A DNA stretch of 64,000 nt from Alphaproteobacteria bacterium (GTDB lineage Bacteria > Pseudomonadota > Alphaproteobacteria > Rhodobacterales > Rhodobacteraceae), in NCBI GenBank assembly GCA_030431825.1, contig JAUIIJ010000003.1, forward strand, positions 108,084-172,083. Direction: 5' to 3'. Of the stretch, positions 21,045 to 34,352 are shown in pieces. The position numbers and the translations under genes were made by a program. Positions within the stretch are counted from its first letter, which is position 1. Each line of letters begins with the position of its first letter. The notes below the pieces were generated by a model that did not search any database, had not been told where the DNA came from, and saw only the letters and a program-made list of their open reading frames with translations.

Positions 21045-22706
21045 ATGCTGCAATTCGAATTGTGGAAGAAGGTGCTGATCTGGGCGATCTGCGCGGCCGG
21101 CCTGTGGCTGGCGCTGCCCAACGCGTTCTATACGCGGGTCGAGACGCACAACGACGCGCTGGCGGCGATGGACGTGCAGGGCCGGACGCAGACGCTCGAG
21201 GATCAGGCCGCGCTGTGGCCCGACTGGATGCCGAGCGCGCTGGTCAATCTGGGGCTCGACCTGCGGGGCGGCGCGCATCTGCTGGCCGAGGTCAAGGTCG
21301 AGGATGTTTACGAAAGCCGGATGCAGGCCATGTGGCCGGAAATCCGCGACACCCTGCGGCCGGAACGCGCGACAATCGGCACGATCCGTTTGCAACCCTC
21401 CGATCCGCAGGAGATTCGGGTCAAGATCAGCCAGCCCGAAGGCATGCCGCGGGCGCTCGAGGTGGTGCGTGAACTGGCCCGTCCGATCCAGACGCTGACC
21501 GGTGTGGGCGCCAACGATATCGAGGTGCGCGGCGAGGGCGACATTCTGATCGTGACCCTGTCGGAGGCGGAAAAGCTCGCCAGTGACGATCGCACCGTGC
21601 GCCAGTCGCTCGAGATCATCCGCCGCCGGATCGACGAGGTGGGCACCCGCGAGCCGACGATCCAGCGCCAGGGATCGGACCGTATCCTGATCCAGGTGCC
21701 GGGAATCGGCAGCGCATCGGAGCTCAAGGACATCATCGGGACCACCGCGCAGCTGACGTTTCAGCCGGTGATCGGACGCGGCAGCGATGCCAATGCCAAT
21801 CCCGGCGTGGGCAATGTCATTGTTCCGTCGCTGGATGAACCGGGCGTGTTCTACACGCTCGAGGCCGCGCCGGTCGTCACCGGTGAGGAACTGGTCGATG
21901 CGCAGCCCGCCTTTGACCAGAATGGCCGGCCCGCGGTGAATTTCCGGTTCAACACGTCGGGCGCGCGCAAGTTCGGCGACTATACGCTGGAAAACATCGG
22001 CAGCCCCTTTGCCATCGTGCTCGATGACGAGGTGATCAGCGCGCCGGTGATCCAGAGCCATATTCCGGGCGGCTCCGGCATCATCACCGGCAATTTCACG
22101 GTCGAGGAAAGCACCAACCTCGCGGTGCTCCTGCGCGCCGGGGCCTTGCCGGCGGAACTCGAGTTTCTCGAAGAGCGGACCATCGGTCCCGAGCTTGGCC
22201 AGGACAGTATCGACGCGGGCAAGGTGGCCACGATCGTCGCCTTTGCCGCCGTACTGATCTTCATGGGGCTGAGCTACGGATTGTTCGGCCTCTTCGCCAA
22301 CATCGCCCTGATCCTGAATATCGGCCTGATCTTCGGGCTGCTGTCGCTGATCGGCGCCACGCTGACCCTGCCGGGGATCGCGGGGATCGTTCTGACCGTT
22401 GGTATGGCAGTGGACGCGAATGTTCTGGTTTTCGAACGTATCCGCGAAGAACTCAAGACATCGCGCGGGCCCGCCCGTGCCATCGAACTGGGTTATGAAA
22501 AGGCGCTGAGCGCCATTCTGGACGCCAACATCACCACATTCATCACGGCCGTGATCCTGTTCGCGATGGGGTCGGGGCCGGTGCGCGGGTTTGCCATCAC
22601 GCTGGGGCTGGGCATCCTGACATCGGTGTTCACCGCCATCTATGTCACGCGGCTCATCATTGTGACGTGGTATGACCGACGTCGCCCCAAGACCATCGAG
22701 GTTTGA
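21045..22706 (+). CDS. secD: Protein translocase subunit SecD
   Basis: NLGLDLRGG, RRRIDEVG, GMAVDANVLVFERIREE. Confidence 0.96.
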   Translation: MLQFELWKKVLIWAICAAGLWLALPNAFYTRVETHNDALAAMDVQGRTQTLEDQAALWPDWMPSALVNLGLDLRGGAHLLAEVKVEDVYESRMQAMWPEIRDTLRPERATIGTIRLQPSDPQEIRVKISQPEGMPRALEVVRELARPIQTLTGVGANDIEVRGEGDILIVTLSEAEKLASDDRTVRQSLEIIRRRIDEVGTREPTIQRQGSDRILIQVPGIGSASELKDIIGTTAQLTFQPVIGRGSDANANPGVGNVIVPSLDEPGVFYTLEAAPVVTGEELVDAQPAFDQNGRPAVNFRFNTSGARKFGDYTLENIGSPFAIVLDDEVISAPVIQSHIPGGSGIITGNFTVEESTNLAVLLRAGALPAELEFLEERTIGPELGQDSIDAGKVATIVAFAAVLIFMGLSYGLFGLFANIALILNIGLIFGLLSLIGATLTLPGIAGIVLTVGMAVDANVLVFERIREELKTSRGPARAIELGYEKALSAILDANITTFITAVILFAMGSGPVRGFAITLGLGILTSVFTAIYVTRLIIVTWYDRRRPKTIEV

Positions 22707-22707
22707 C

Positions 22708-23676
22708 ATGCGCCTGAAAATTGTACCCGAGCAGACCTCGTTCGATTTCTTCAGCCGCTGGAAATTGTGGCTGGGTATTTCTGCGGTGCTGGTGCTCCTG
22801 GCGTTCGGGTCGTTCATGGTCCGCGGGCTGAATTACGGGATCGATTTCCGGGGCGGCACGACGATCCGCACGGAAAGCGTGCAACCCGTGGATGTCGGGG
22901 TCTATCGTGATGCGCTGGCCAAGCTCGACATCGGCGATGTGCTGATCAGCGAGGTGTTCGACCCGGCCTTTGGCGATGATGAGAACATTGCGATGATCCG
23001 CATTCAGGCCCAGGACGACCAGGAGGCGGCGACCGCCGAAACCATCGCGGAGGTCGAAGCCGCGCTGGCTTCGGTATCTCCGGACATCCGGTTTGTCTCG
23101 GTCGAATCCGTTGGCCCGAAAGTGTCGGGCGAACTGATCCAGACTGCCATCATGGCGGTGGCGCTCGCGATTGGCGCGGTGCTGATCTATATCTGGCTCA
23201 GGTTCGAATGGCAGTTTGCTCTGGGGGCCGTCGTTGCTCTGGTGCATGACGTGATCCTGACCATCGGCATATTCTCCGAGGTGCAGATCAAGTTCGACCT
23301 CGCGATCATCGCCGCCTTGCTGACCATCGTCGGCTATTCGCTGAACGACACCGTGGTGGTATTCGACCGGGTGCGTGAGAATCTTCGCAAATACAAGAAG
23401 ATGTCACTCGCCGAGGTGCTGAACCTGTCGATCAACGAAACCCTCTCGCGCACATTCATGACGTCGATCACCACGCTTCTGGCGCTTGTTTCGCTGTTCG
23501 TTCTGGGCGGCGACGTGATCCGGGGCTTTGTCTTTGCGATGATCTGGGGCGTGGTCGTGGGGACCTATTCGTCGATCTTCGTGGCATCGGCGGTGCTGCT
23601 CTATCTCGGCGTCAAACGCGACTGGACGAAACCGAACAACACTTCGGGCAACCAGTTTGCCAATGTCGATGCCTGA
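22708..23676 (+). CDS. secF: Protein translocase subunit SecF
   Basis: GIDFRGG, GYSLNDTVVVFDRVRE, GTYSSIF. Confidence 0.96.
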   Translation: MRLKIVPEQTSFDFFSRWKLWLGISAVLVLLAFGSFMVRGLNYGIDFRGGTTIRTESVQPVDVGVYRDALAKLDIGDVLISEVFDPAFGDDENIAMIRIQAQDDQEAATAETIAEVEAALASVSPDIRFVSVESVGPKVSGELIQTAIMAVALAIGAVLIYIWLRFEWQFALGAVVALVHDVILTIGIFSEVQIKFDLAIIAALLTIVGYSLNDTVVVFDRVRENLRKYKKMSLAEVLNLSINETLSRTFMTSITTLLALVSLFVLGGDVIRGFVFAMIWGVVVGTYSSIFVASAVLLYLGVKRDWTKPNNTSGNQFANVDA

Positions 23677-23810
23677 CCGTGCATCGCTTGTGTCGGCCTC
23701 GGACTGAGCAGCGTCCGGATACGCGCCGGACAAACGGGCCGGACGCTGGTGCCACAGGCATTGGCATCTGGCCCTAATCATTCCGACATGTTCCGTGCAG
23801 ACTTCTGCGG

Positions 23811-24566
23811 ATGAACATGCTCGCTTCGCTTCTGACACCCGAGTTTCTGCTGCTTGCCTGCGCCGCGATGACGGCGGGCATGGTGCGCGGGTTTGCGGGC
23901 TTTGGCACCGCGCTGATCTATTTGCCGATTGCGGGCATCGTGCTCGACCCGGTTTCGGCGATCATCACGCTGGTAACGATGGATGTGCTCGGGCCATTGC
24001 CGATGCTGCGGCGCGCAGCCCCCGACACCCATCGCGCCGACCTGACGCGGCTTACACTGGGCGCGGTGCTCGCGCTTCCCGTCGGGCTGGCGGCATTGTT
24101 CGTGCTCGATCCCGGCGTGTTTCGCACTTTCGTGTCTGTGGTGTCCCTGACCATGCTCTGCGTGCTGATGTTCGGCTGGCGTTACGCGGGTGCATTGCGG
24201 CCCCGTGCGGTGTTCGGCACCGGTGCGGCGGCGGGGTTCCTCGGAGGGATTGCGGGCATTCCGGGGCCTCCGGTGATCTTCGCGTACATGGCGAGCCCGC
24301 ACCCGACACGCGTGATCCGTGCGAATACCACATTCTTCCTGTTCTTCTATGATTGCGCGATTCTGACGATGATGCTGATCGCCGGGCGTCTTGCGACCGA
24401 ACCGGTGCTGACCGGGCTGGCGCTTGCGATTCCGGCGATGGCTGGAAACATACTGGGCAGCAGGCTATTCATACCGGGTTATGAAAGCCTGTATCGCGGC
24501 GTTGCCTATGGGCTGATCTTTGCGGCGGCGGTGGCGGGGCTGCCGATTTGGGGGATGGGACACTGA
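23811..24566 (+). CDS. Sulfite exporter TauE/SafE family protein
   Basis: AGMVRGFAGFG and GIAGIPGPP motifs; multiple TMs. Confidence 0.85.
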   Translation: MNMLASLLTPEFLLLACAAMTAGMVRGFAGFGTALIYLPIAGIVLDPVSAIITLVTMDVLGPLPMLRRAAPDTHRADLTRLTLGAVLALPVGLAALFVLDPGVFRTFVSVVSLTMLCVLMFGWRYAGALRPRAVFGTGAAAGFLGGIAGIPGPPVIFAYMASPHPTRVIRANTTFFLFFYDCAILTMMLIAGRLATEPVLTGLALAIPAMAGNILGSRLFIPGYESLYRGVAYGLIFAAAVAGLPIWGMGH

Positions 24567-24567
24567 C

Positions 24568-24921
24568 ATGCGGCTGAACGAGATCACCTACAACAACGCG
24601 ATCCCGGTCGATGGGTACGGTCCGGGGTTTTTCCGCATCGGCGGGAAGGTCCATGAGGGCGCGGTACTGACCGGTCCGGACGGAACAACCGCATGGTCCG
24701 GCCTGGATGAAACCGCGCCCCTGCTGTCCCTGTCCGGCACGATCGATGTTCTGCTTGTCGGCATGGGCGCTGAAATTTCACATCTCCCGCCGGCCTTGCG
24801 CGCGTCGCTCGAAGGCGCCGGTATCGGTGTCGAAGTGATGAATTCGCCTGCGGCCTGCCGAACCTACAACGTGTTGCTGGCCGAGGGGCGGCGTATCGCC
24901 CTGGCGCTGTTGCCGGTTTAG
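24568..24921 (+). CDS. Mth938-like domain protein
   Basis: [28 protein letters not shown]. Confidence 0.9.
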   Translation: MRLNEITYNNAIPVDGYGPGFFRIGGKVHEGAVLTGPDGTTAWSGLDETAPLLSLSGTIDVLLVGMGAEISHLPPALRASLEGAGIGVEVMNSPAACRTYNVLLAEGRRIALALLPV

Positions 24922-24958
24922 GCTTTTTTGCCACCGGTCAATCGGTTATTCGCCCTTT

Positions 24959-25573
24959 ATGACCCTGTCTGTTTCGGACCTGTCCATAACCCGCGGCGGC
25001 GTACCTGTTCTGCAGGGCGTGCGGTTTGCGCTTGCGCCCGGTCAGGCACTTGTGCTGCGCGGACCGAACGGAATCGGCAAGACGACGCTCTTGCGAACGA
25101 TAGCAGGGTTGCAGCCGCCATCGGCGGGGCAGATCGACGGCGCAGAGGATCGCATCGCCTACGCGGGGCATTCGGACGGGATCAAGCCGACGCTGACGGT
25201 ACGCGAAAACCTCACCTTCTGGGCAAGCGTCTTTGGTGCCGGTGGGATCGGGGATGCGTTGCGCGCGTTTGACCTCGACGACCTTGCCGAGCGTCACGCG
25301 GGCAACCTCTCGGCGGGGCAGAAGCGGCGGCTTGGCCTGTCGCGTCTGCTGGTCACCGGACGACCGGTCTGGGTGCTGGATGAACCGACCGTCTCGCTGG
25401 ATGTGGCGGCGGTCGCGATGTTCGCCGATGCCGTGCGGGGCCACCTGCGGCAGGGCGGCAGCGCCCTGATCGCGACGCATATTGATCTGGGTCTTGATGC
25501 CGAAACGCTCGATCTTGCGATGTTCAGGGCGACGCCGCGCCCGGTCGATGATTTTGACGGAGATTTCCTGTGA
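24959..25573 (+). CDS. ccmA: Heme ABC exporter ATP-binding protein CcmA
   Basis: [24 protein letters not shown]; first gene of the ccm cluster. Confidence 0.93.
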   Translation: MTLSVSDLSITRGGVPVLQGVRFALAPGQALVLRGPNGIGKTTLLRTIAGLQPPSAGQIDGAEDRIAYAGHSDGIKPTLTVRENLTFWASVFGAGGIGDALRAFDLDDLAERHAGNLSAGQKRRLGLSRLLVTGRPVWVLDEPTVSLDVAAVAMFADAVRGHLRQGGSALIATHIDLGLDAETLDLAMFRATPRPVDDFDGDFL

Positions 25574-26226
25574 TCGCGCTGTTGCTCCGCGACCTGAAAC
25601 TGGCCTTTCGCGCTGGCGGCGGCTTTGGGCTGGGGCTGGCGTTTTTCCTGATTGTCACCGTGCTTGTCCCCTTCAGCGTCGGGCCGCAATCCTCGCTGCT
25701 GGCGACCATCGCGCCGGGCGTGTTGTGGCTGGGGGCGCTGCTGGCCTGTCTCTTGTCGCTTGACCGGCTGCTGGCGCTGGATTGGGAGGATGGATCGCTC
25801 GACCTGCTGGCCACGGCGCCGTTGCCGCTCGAGGCGGTGGTCACGATCAAGGCGCTGGCGCACTGGATCACCACCGGCTTGCCGCTGGTGCTGGCCGCGC
25901 CGGTCTTGGGGGTGCTCCTGAACCTGCCGCTGCCGGGATTTTCTTGGCTGGTGATCTCGCTGCTGACGGGGACGCCGGCACTGTCGGTCATCGGCACCTT
26001 TGGCGCGGCATTGACGGTCGGGCTCAAGCGCGGGGGGCTGCTGCTGTCACTGCTGGTTCTGCCGCTTAATGTGCCGACGCTGATCTTCGGGGCCGAGGTC
26101 GCGCGGCGCGGCGCGGTTGGCATGGAGACATCCACGCCGCTGCTGTTGCTTGCGGGGATCACTGCGGCAACGGTCGCCTTGCTCCCTTTCGCCAGCGCGG
26201 CGGTGCTGCGCGTCAATTTGCGTTGA
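25570..26226 (+). CDS. ccmB: Heme exporter protein CcmB
   Basis: [29 protein letters not shown]. Confidence 0.93.
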   Translation: MIALLLRDLKLAFRAGGGFGLGLAFFLIVTVLVPFSVGPQSSLLATIAPGVLWLGALLACLLSLDRLLALDWEDGSLDLLATAPLPLEAVVTIKALAHWITTGLPLVLAAPVLGVLLNLPLPGFSWLVISLLTGTPALSVIGTFGAALTVGLKRGGLLLSLLVLPLNVPTLIFGAEVARRGAVGMETSTPLLLLAGITAATVALLPFASAAVLRVNLR

Positions 26227-26271
26227 CCATTGTCAATTGAGAAGCGCACCGACTCGGACTAGATAGGCATC

Positions 26272-27045
26272 ATGTCATTCGCAACCAAAGCCAATGCCCT
26301 CTGGGAATACGCCAACCCGAAAAAGTTCCTGACCACGTCGGAGCGGGTTCAACCCTATATCTGGAGCGCGGCGATCCTCTGCCTTGTCGTCGGACTGATC
26401 TGGGGATTTTTCCTTACACCCGACGATTATCGGCAGGGTTCGACCGTCAAGATCATCTATCTGCATGTGCCCTCGGCGCTGATGGCGATCAATGTCTGGC
26501 TGATGATGCTGGTGACCTCGCTTGTCTGGCTGGTACGACGGCACCATGTGAGCGCGCTGGCGGCGCGGGCGGCGGCTCCGATCGGTGTTGTCATGACGAT
26601 GATCGCGCTGGCCACCGGTGCGATCTGGGGCCAGCCGATGTGGGGCACGTGGTGGGCATGGGATCCCCGGCTGACGTCGTTCCTGATCCTGTTCCTTTTC
26701 TATCTCGGTTATATCGCGCTGTGGGAAGCCATCGACAATCCGGATACGGCGGCCGATCTGACATCGGTGCTGTGCCTTGTCGGCTCGGTCTTTGCCATCC
26801 TGTCGCGCTATGCCGTGAACTTCTGGAACCAGGGCCTGCATCAGGGGGCGTCGATCATGCGCGCGGCGGCCGTCACCGGTGCCGATACCGAGGAAAAGGT
26901 CAGCAACGTCTTTTTCTACCCGCTGCTTCTCTGCATCATCGGGTTTGTCCTGCTGTTCGTGGCATTGCTGCTGTATCGCACCGGCACCGAGATACGCGCC
27001 CGGCGCATCAGGGCGTTGCTGGCGCGGGAAAGGGTAGGGGCATGA
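26272..27045 (+). CDS. ccmC: Heme ABC transporter permease CcmC
   Basis: IYLHVP and the WWD motif WGQPMWGTWWAWDPRLT. Confidence 0.95.
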   Translation: MSFATKANALWEYANPKKFLTTSERVQPYIWSAAILCLVVGLIWGFFLTPDDYRQGSTVKIIYLHVPSALMAINVWLMMLVTSLVWLVRRHHVSALAARAAAPIGVVMTMIALATGAIWGQPMWGTWWAWDPRLTSFLILFLFYLGYIALWEAIDNPDTAADLTSVLCLVGSVFAILSRYAVNFWNQGLHQGASIMRAAAVTGADTEEKVSNVFFYPLLLCIIGFVLLFVALLLYRTGTEIRARRIRALLARERVGA

Positions 27046-27200
27046 TGCCCGATCTTGGGAAATACGCCGAGACGGTAATCTCGGCCTATGTGGCGTCTTT
27101 GCTGCTGCTGGTGCTTCTGGTGCTGCTCAGTGTCTGGCGTGGACGCAAGGTGCGGGCCGAGATGGCCGCTCTGGAAAAACGGATATCGCGCAATGGCTAG
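27042..27200 (+). CDS. ccmD: Heme exporter protein CcmD
   Basis: MMPDLGKYAETVISAY, one TM and a basic tail; lies between ccmC and ccmG. Confidence 0.85.
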   Translation: MMPDLGKYAETVISAYVASLLLLVLLVLLSVWRGRKVRAEMAALEKRISRNG

Positions 27201-27741
27201 GATTTCGCCTCTGATGATCGCTCCACCGCTGATTTTTGCGGGCTTCGCGCTTCTGGCGGCTGTCGGGATGTTTCGCGAGGATCCCGACGCGCTGCCATCC
27301 GCGCGCAAGGACCAGCAGGCGCCGCCGGTGGTGCTGAGCGAACTGCCGGGCAAGGTGCCTTTCGACGATGCCACCCTGCGTCAGGAGGGGATCAAGCTGG
27401 TCAATTACTGGGCGAGCTGGTGCGCGCCCTGCCGGGTGGAACATCCCAATCTCGAAGCACTCGCCGCAGAGGGCCTGCCGATCTACGGTGTGAATTACAA
27501 GGATGAGCCGGCCAATGCCCTGGCATTCCTGACCGAGCTTGGCGATCCATACGAACGGATCGGCGCGGATCGCGACGGGCGCATGGCGCTGGACTGGGGC
27601 GTTTACGGCGTTCCCGAAACCTATCTGATCGACGATACGGGCACCATCCTGCTTCGCATCGCCGGACCGATCACGCAGCGCGTGATCGACCAGACGCTGC
27701 GACCGGCAATCGAGGCTGCACAGAACAAACCCCAGGGCTGA
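27193..27741 (+). CDS. ccmG: DsbE/CcmG thiol:disulfide interchange protein
   Basis: NYWASWCAPCRVEHP, WGVYGVPETY. Confidence 0.93.
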   Translation: MARISPLMIAPPLIFAGFALLAAVGMFREDPDALPSARKDQQAPPVVLSELPGKVPFDDATLRQEGIKLVNYWASWCAPCRVEHPNLEALAAEGLPIYGVNYKDEPANALAFLTELGDPYERIGADRDGRMALDWGVYGVPETYLIDDTGTILLRIAGPITQRVIDQTLRPAIEAAQNKPQG

Positions 27742-27763
27742 AACGCCCTGCTTGTCTTGCAAC

Positions 27764-27834
27764 GCTTTAATTCAAATATTTCAATTTACTGCGTGACGTT
27801 ATTCATGTATCGGATTAGCCGCGCAACACTCTAG
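27764..27834 (-). mobile_element. Partial, diverged copy 3 of the MITE-like repeat
   Basis: rc CTAGAGTGTTGCGCGGCTAATCCGATACAT matches the copy 1 left end at 21/30; TTGAAATATTTGAATTAAAGC resembles TTGAAATCCCTGATTTCAGGC; its terminal TAG is the SDR stop codon. Confidence 0.5.
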
Positions 27835-28526
27835 AGGCGATAGCCACCCGAGACGGTCAGGACCTCTCCGGTGATGAAATCCGCCCCATCCGAGGCGAAG
27901 AACCGCACCGCCTTGGCGATGTCTTCGGGGCGGCCGATGCGCCCCAACGCGGTTTGGTCCACGAAGAGCTGCGTCAGATCGGCGTCGCGCGGGGTGTCGG
28001 GCGCGTTGATCGCACCGGGGGCGATGGCATTGACACGAATGCCCCGGCCTCCGAGGGTCCTGGCCATGCCTCTTACCCATGTGTTCAGCGCCGCCTTGCT
28101 CGCCGAATAGAGCACCGCCGACATTGCCGGCAGCACCGCGTTGACCGAGGAAATCGCGATCACGCGTGCCCCCGGTTGCAGATGTGGCAGCGCCGTCCGC
28201 AGCAACGCGTCATTGACCAGCACATTGACCTGGAACAGGTCGCCGGGGGTGGTGTCGGCCGCGCCATCTTCCAGGATCGCGCCGGCGTTCAGTACCAGCG
28301 TATCGAGCCGCCCATGGGCCTTCAGCACCGTGTCGATCACCTGCTGCGCCGCGTCCGGGGCGGTAAAATCGGTCCTGATCGCAAGCGTATCGGGATGTTT
28401 GCGCAAGACATCCGTTGCATCGCTGTTGCGATGGGTGATCGCCAGCGCGTGATCCCGGCCCAGATCCTCGGCAATGGCAAGACCAATGCCGCGCGCCGCA
28501 CCCGTGACCAGCGCAACGCGTCTCAT
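27831..28526 (-). CDS. Short-chain dehydrogenase/reductase (SDR)
   Basis: TGAARGIG, NAG, YSASK, RVNAIAPG. Confidence 0.92.
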   Translation of the reverse strand: MRRVALVTGAARGIGLAIAEDLGRDHALAITHRNSDATDVLRKHPDTLAIRTDFTAPDAAQQVIDTVLKAHGRLDTLVLNAGAILEDGAADTTPGDLFQVNVLVNDALLRTALPHLQPGARVIAISSVNAVLPAMSAVLYSASKAALNTWVRGMARTLGGRGIRVNAIAPGAINAPDTPRDADLTQLFVDQTALGRIGRPEDIAKAVRFFASDGADFITGEVLTVSGGYRL

Positions 28527-28545
28527 CGGCGGACCTCTGGCCGGT

Positions 28546-28570
28546 AAAAGGGGCGCCGGATGAGGCGCCC
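28546..28570 (-). terminator. Probable intrinsic terminator after acnA
   Basis: GGGCGCC-loop-GGCGCCC hairpin followed by CTTTT on the minus strand. Confidence 0.5.
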
Positions 28571-28592
28571 GATTCCCGGTTCCGGTGTCACG

Positions 28593-31367
<2,775 letters not shown>

Positions 31368-31601
31368 CTGCGGCCTCCCTCTAAGAGTCGTGGATTGCGG
31401 AATTGGCTCACATTTGTCTGCATCAGGAGCGGCGCGGGATCAATAGCGTTCACCGGCATGTTCTCTGCCGCAGATGCGCCGGCAGACCGCTCCGAGTCAC
31501 ATTGACGCGAGCCATGCATTGCAGATTCGTCAAGAAACCTTGATTGGCAAATCCGGGCCGACATGGTTAGACCCGTGCACAGATCAGGGAAATCGCTTCA
31601 C

Positions 31602-32303
31602 ATGAAACTGCTTGCCGCTGCAACGCTCGCCATCTGTGCCACCACGTCCACGGTTCTCATCGCGCAGGATCGCGACGTCGTCGTGGAATTGTTCACGTCT
31701 CAGGGATGCGCATCCTGTCCGCCCGCCGACGCCATCCTGCATCAACTGGCGGATCGGGACGACGTGATCGCATTGGCCTTGCATGTGGATTATTGGGATT
31801 ACATCGGCTGGAAGGACGAATACGCGCTTGCGAAAAACTCCAGCCGTCAGCGCCGCTACGCCGATGTCGGCGGGCGCGACATGGTCTACACGCCGCAAAT
31901 GATCGTCAACGGGGTCGATGATGTGGTCGGTGCCCGCGCCGGGGAAGTCACCGCCATCATCGAGCGCGAAAAATCGCGCAAGCCGGTCGTCGAACTGTCG
32001 GCGACACGCGAGGGATCACGGTTGTCGATCCGCGCGGAGCCTGTGGCGCAATCGCTCGCAGGTCCGATGACCGTTCAGCTCGTGCGGTATTCGCCCCTTC
32101 GAACGGCGAGGATCACCAGAGGGGAGAACGCGGGCAATGAACTGGATTACGCCAACGTCGTCGAAGACTGGTCGGTGGTGGGAGAGTGGGACGGCCGCGA
32201 ACCCTACCGGCAGGAAACCGAACTGACCGGCGAATTCCCGGCAGTCGTCTTGCTGCAATATGCCGGACAAGGCGAAATCGTCGCGGCGGCGGCAATCGAT
32301 TAA
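31602..32303 (+). CDS. DUF1223 thioredoxin-like secreted protein
   Basis: Signal peptide; VVELFTSQGCASCPPAD, HVDYWDYIGWKD, YTPQM. Confidence 0.88.
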   Translation: MKLLAAATLAICATTSTVLIAQDRDVVVELFTSQGCASCPPADAILHQLADRDDVIALALHVDYWDYIGWKDEYALAKNSSRQRRYADVGGRDMVYTPQMIVNGVDDVVGARAGEVTAIIEREKSRKPVVELSATREGSRLSIRAEPVAQSLAGPMTVQLVRYSPLRTARITRGENAGNELDYANVVEDWSVVGEWDGREPYRQETELTGEFPAVVLLQYAGQGEIVAAAAID

Positions 32304-32372
32304 CCCGGCGCGATCACCGCACCCCAGGCGCCCGGCATCGTCCAACGCCATACGGACGGCCCTTCTGATGCT

Positions 32373-33263
32373 TCAGGCTGGTTTCCAGCGCCGGTGTATC
32401 CAGAACCACTGGTCCATATGCCGGCGCACCAGCGCTTCGAGATCGTCGTTGAGTTGCTGCGTCATGGTCGCGGGATCGGAATGGGCAATCGGCTCATGCA
32501 TCTCGATCCGGAAATTGAGCCCATCCGGCTGGCGGATCGCATAGGCAGGGATCATCGCCGCATCCTGCTTGATCGCAAGCTCCGCAGGCACCGTCGACGT
32601 GATCGCCGGCTGGCCAAAGAAATCCAGCTCGATGCCTTCCTGTACGTGCAGGTCGCCGACAATCGCGATGATCCCGCCCTGCTTCAGATGGCGCACCATC
32701 TCGATCATGCCGCGGCGTCCCTGTTCGAACATCGGGGTGCCGATGGTGGCGAGCATCTTGCGATAATGTTCGTTGAAATACGGGTTGGCCATGCGCCGGT
32801 AAAGCCCGCCCATGCCAAAACCCAGCGAAATCAGTTTGGCACGCGCCGCGTCGTAATTGCCGAAATGCCCGGTCATCAGGATGACGGGCCGTCCCGCGTC
32901 GCGCGCCTCCTGCAGGGCGGCAAGGCCCGGACCGCCGATTTCCGCAGAGCGGGCACGGTCGATGAATTCCTGCCCGGAATAGAATTCGATGAGCGAGCGC
33001 CCGGCGTTGTCGCAAACCGCGCGGCACAGGCGCTGCACTTCGGCGTCGTCAAGCTCGGGGCAGGTCAGGTTGAGATTGTCACGCACCCGGCGGTTGAAAC
33101 CGGCCAGCGGTGCCATCACATGCGCGACCAGCCAGCCCATCGCCGGGATCCGCATCTTGTAGGGAAGCAGTTTGAACCCGCCGATGAGGGCGCGCAGAAA
33201 CAGGTTCGCCGTGTAATACCTGATGCGCTGGGATCGGGAAAGTTCAGAAAATTCTGCCGGCAT
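32373..33263 (-). CDS. Lipid A / lysophospholipid acyltransferase (LpxL/HtrB family)
   Basis: GHFGNYD (HxxxxD) motif; QWFWIHRRWK C-terminus. Confidence 0.88.
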   Translation of the reverse strand: MPAEFSELSRSQRIRYYTANLFLRALIGGFKLLPYKMRIPAMGWLVAHVMAPLAGFNRRVRDNLNLTCPELDDAEVQRLCRAVCDNAGRSLIEFYSGQEFIDRARSAEIGGPGLAALQEARDAGRPVILMTGHFGNYDAARAKLISLGFGMGGLYRRMANPYFNEHYRKMLATIGTPMFEQGRRGMIEMVRHLKQGGIIAIVGDLHVQEGIELDFFGQPAITSTVPAELAIKQDAAMIPAYAIRQPDGLNFRIEMHEPIAHSDPATMTQQLNDDLEALVRRHMDQWFWIHRRWKPA

Positions 33264-33272
33264 TCGGGACTC

Positions 33273-34145
33273 TCAGCGGCGAAACGTCTCGCGGTGCCAG
33301 ACATACAGACCTGCGCCGGCGATCACAAGGGCACCGAGAATGGTCCAGCTGTCGGGCAGTTCGGCAAAGAAGAGCGACCCCCAAGCGGCGGCAAAAACCA
33401 GTCCGGTATAGGAATAGGGCGCGAGCATGCTTGCCTCGCCCTGGCTGAACGCGCGGATCAGCGCCAGTTGACCCGCGGTGCCGGCAAGCGTGATGGCCCC
33501 GATCAGCCCCCAGGCGATCAGGTCGGGGGGGTGCCAGGCAAAGGGAACGGCAAGTGTCAGCAAAACGGTGCCGACCAGCCCGGTGTAAAACAGCGAGGTC
33601 CAGACGTCTTCGTCCGGACCAAGGCTTCGCGTCAGCAGCGAATAGGCCGAGTAACAGGCGGCCGCGGCGAGTGGCAGCAACGCGGAAAGCGAGAACACCG
33701 CGCTGCCGGGGCGAATGATGATGAGTGCCCCGATCAGTGCGACGATGATGCCGCCGATCCGCCGCAACCCCAGCGGTTCGGACAGGAACAGGGCCGCGCC
33801 GAGCGTGATCAGGACCGGGTTCAGCGCCATGAGCGCGGCCGCGTCCGACAGGGGGATCATGCTGATCCCGGTGAAAAATAATGCCGTGGCGCTCATCAAC
33901 AGGATGGAGCGCAGGAACTGGAGCACCGGATGGCTGGTACGGACAACACTGCGCAGACGCGGGGCGACCAGAACAAGCACCAGCGCCATCTGGCCGGCGT
34001 AGCGTGCCCAGACGGTGGGCAGGATACCGATGCGCGGCGCAAGCGCCTTGGCCGAGGCATCCATCAGCGTGAAACAGAAAATCGCCGTTATCATGAGCAG
34101 AATGGCCCGACCACGCGTATCGTGCAGAGTGATGTCGCTCATCAT
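33273..34145 (-). CDS. DMT/EamA family transporter
   Basis: Multiple TMs, duplicated EamA pattern, ASMLAPYSY. Confidence 0.88.
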   Translation of the reverse strand: MMSDITLHDTRGRAILLMITAIFCFTLMDASAKALAPRIGILPTVWARYAGQMALVLVLVAPRLRSVVRTSHPVLQFLRSILLMSATALFFTGISMIPLSDAAALMALNPVLITLGAALFLSEPLGLRRIGGIIVALIGALIIIRPGSAVFSLSALLPLAAAACYSAYSLLTRSLGPDEDVWTSLFYTGLVGTVLLTLAVPFAWHPPDLIAWGLIGAITLAGTAGQLALIRAFSQGEASMLAPYSYTGLVFAAAWGSLFFAELPDSWTILGALVIAGAGLYVWHRETFRR

Positions 34146-34352
34146 TGCGCCTTGGCTGGAATTACGCGGACGAGAGGAGGGATTCCGCTGACGTCATGGC
34201 AACGTGATAGTTGATATGTTCAGCACTGTCCATCGCGCGCGGTCGGGATCGGGGCCGGGCAGGTCCACGCAAGTGGATTGGTGCCGGGCGGTCGCAGCTG
34301 TTTCCCGGCGTGTCCAACCGCGATATGGATCGGGGCGCGTCGTCGAGCGCGG

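Noticed and set aside
24959-27741. Defective ccm operon lacking ccmE/F/H
   Set aside because: The split ccmABCDG arrangement is normal in Rhodobacteraceae
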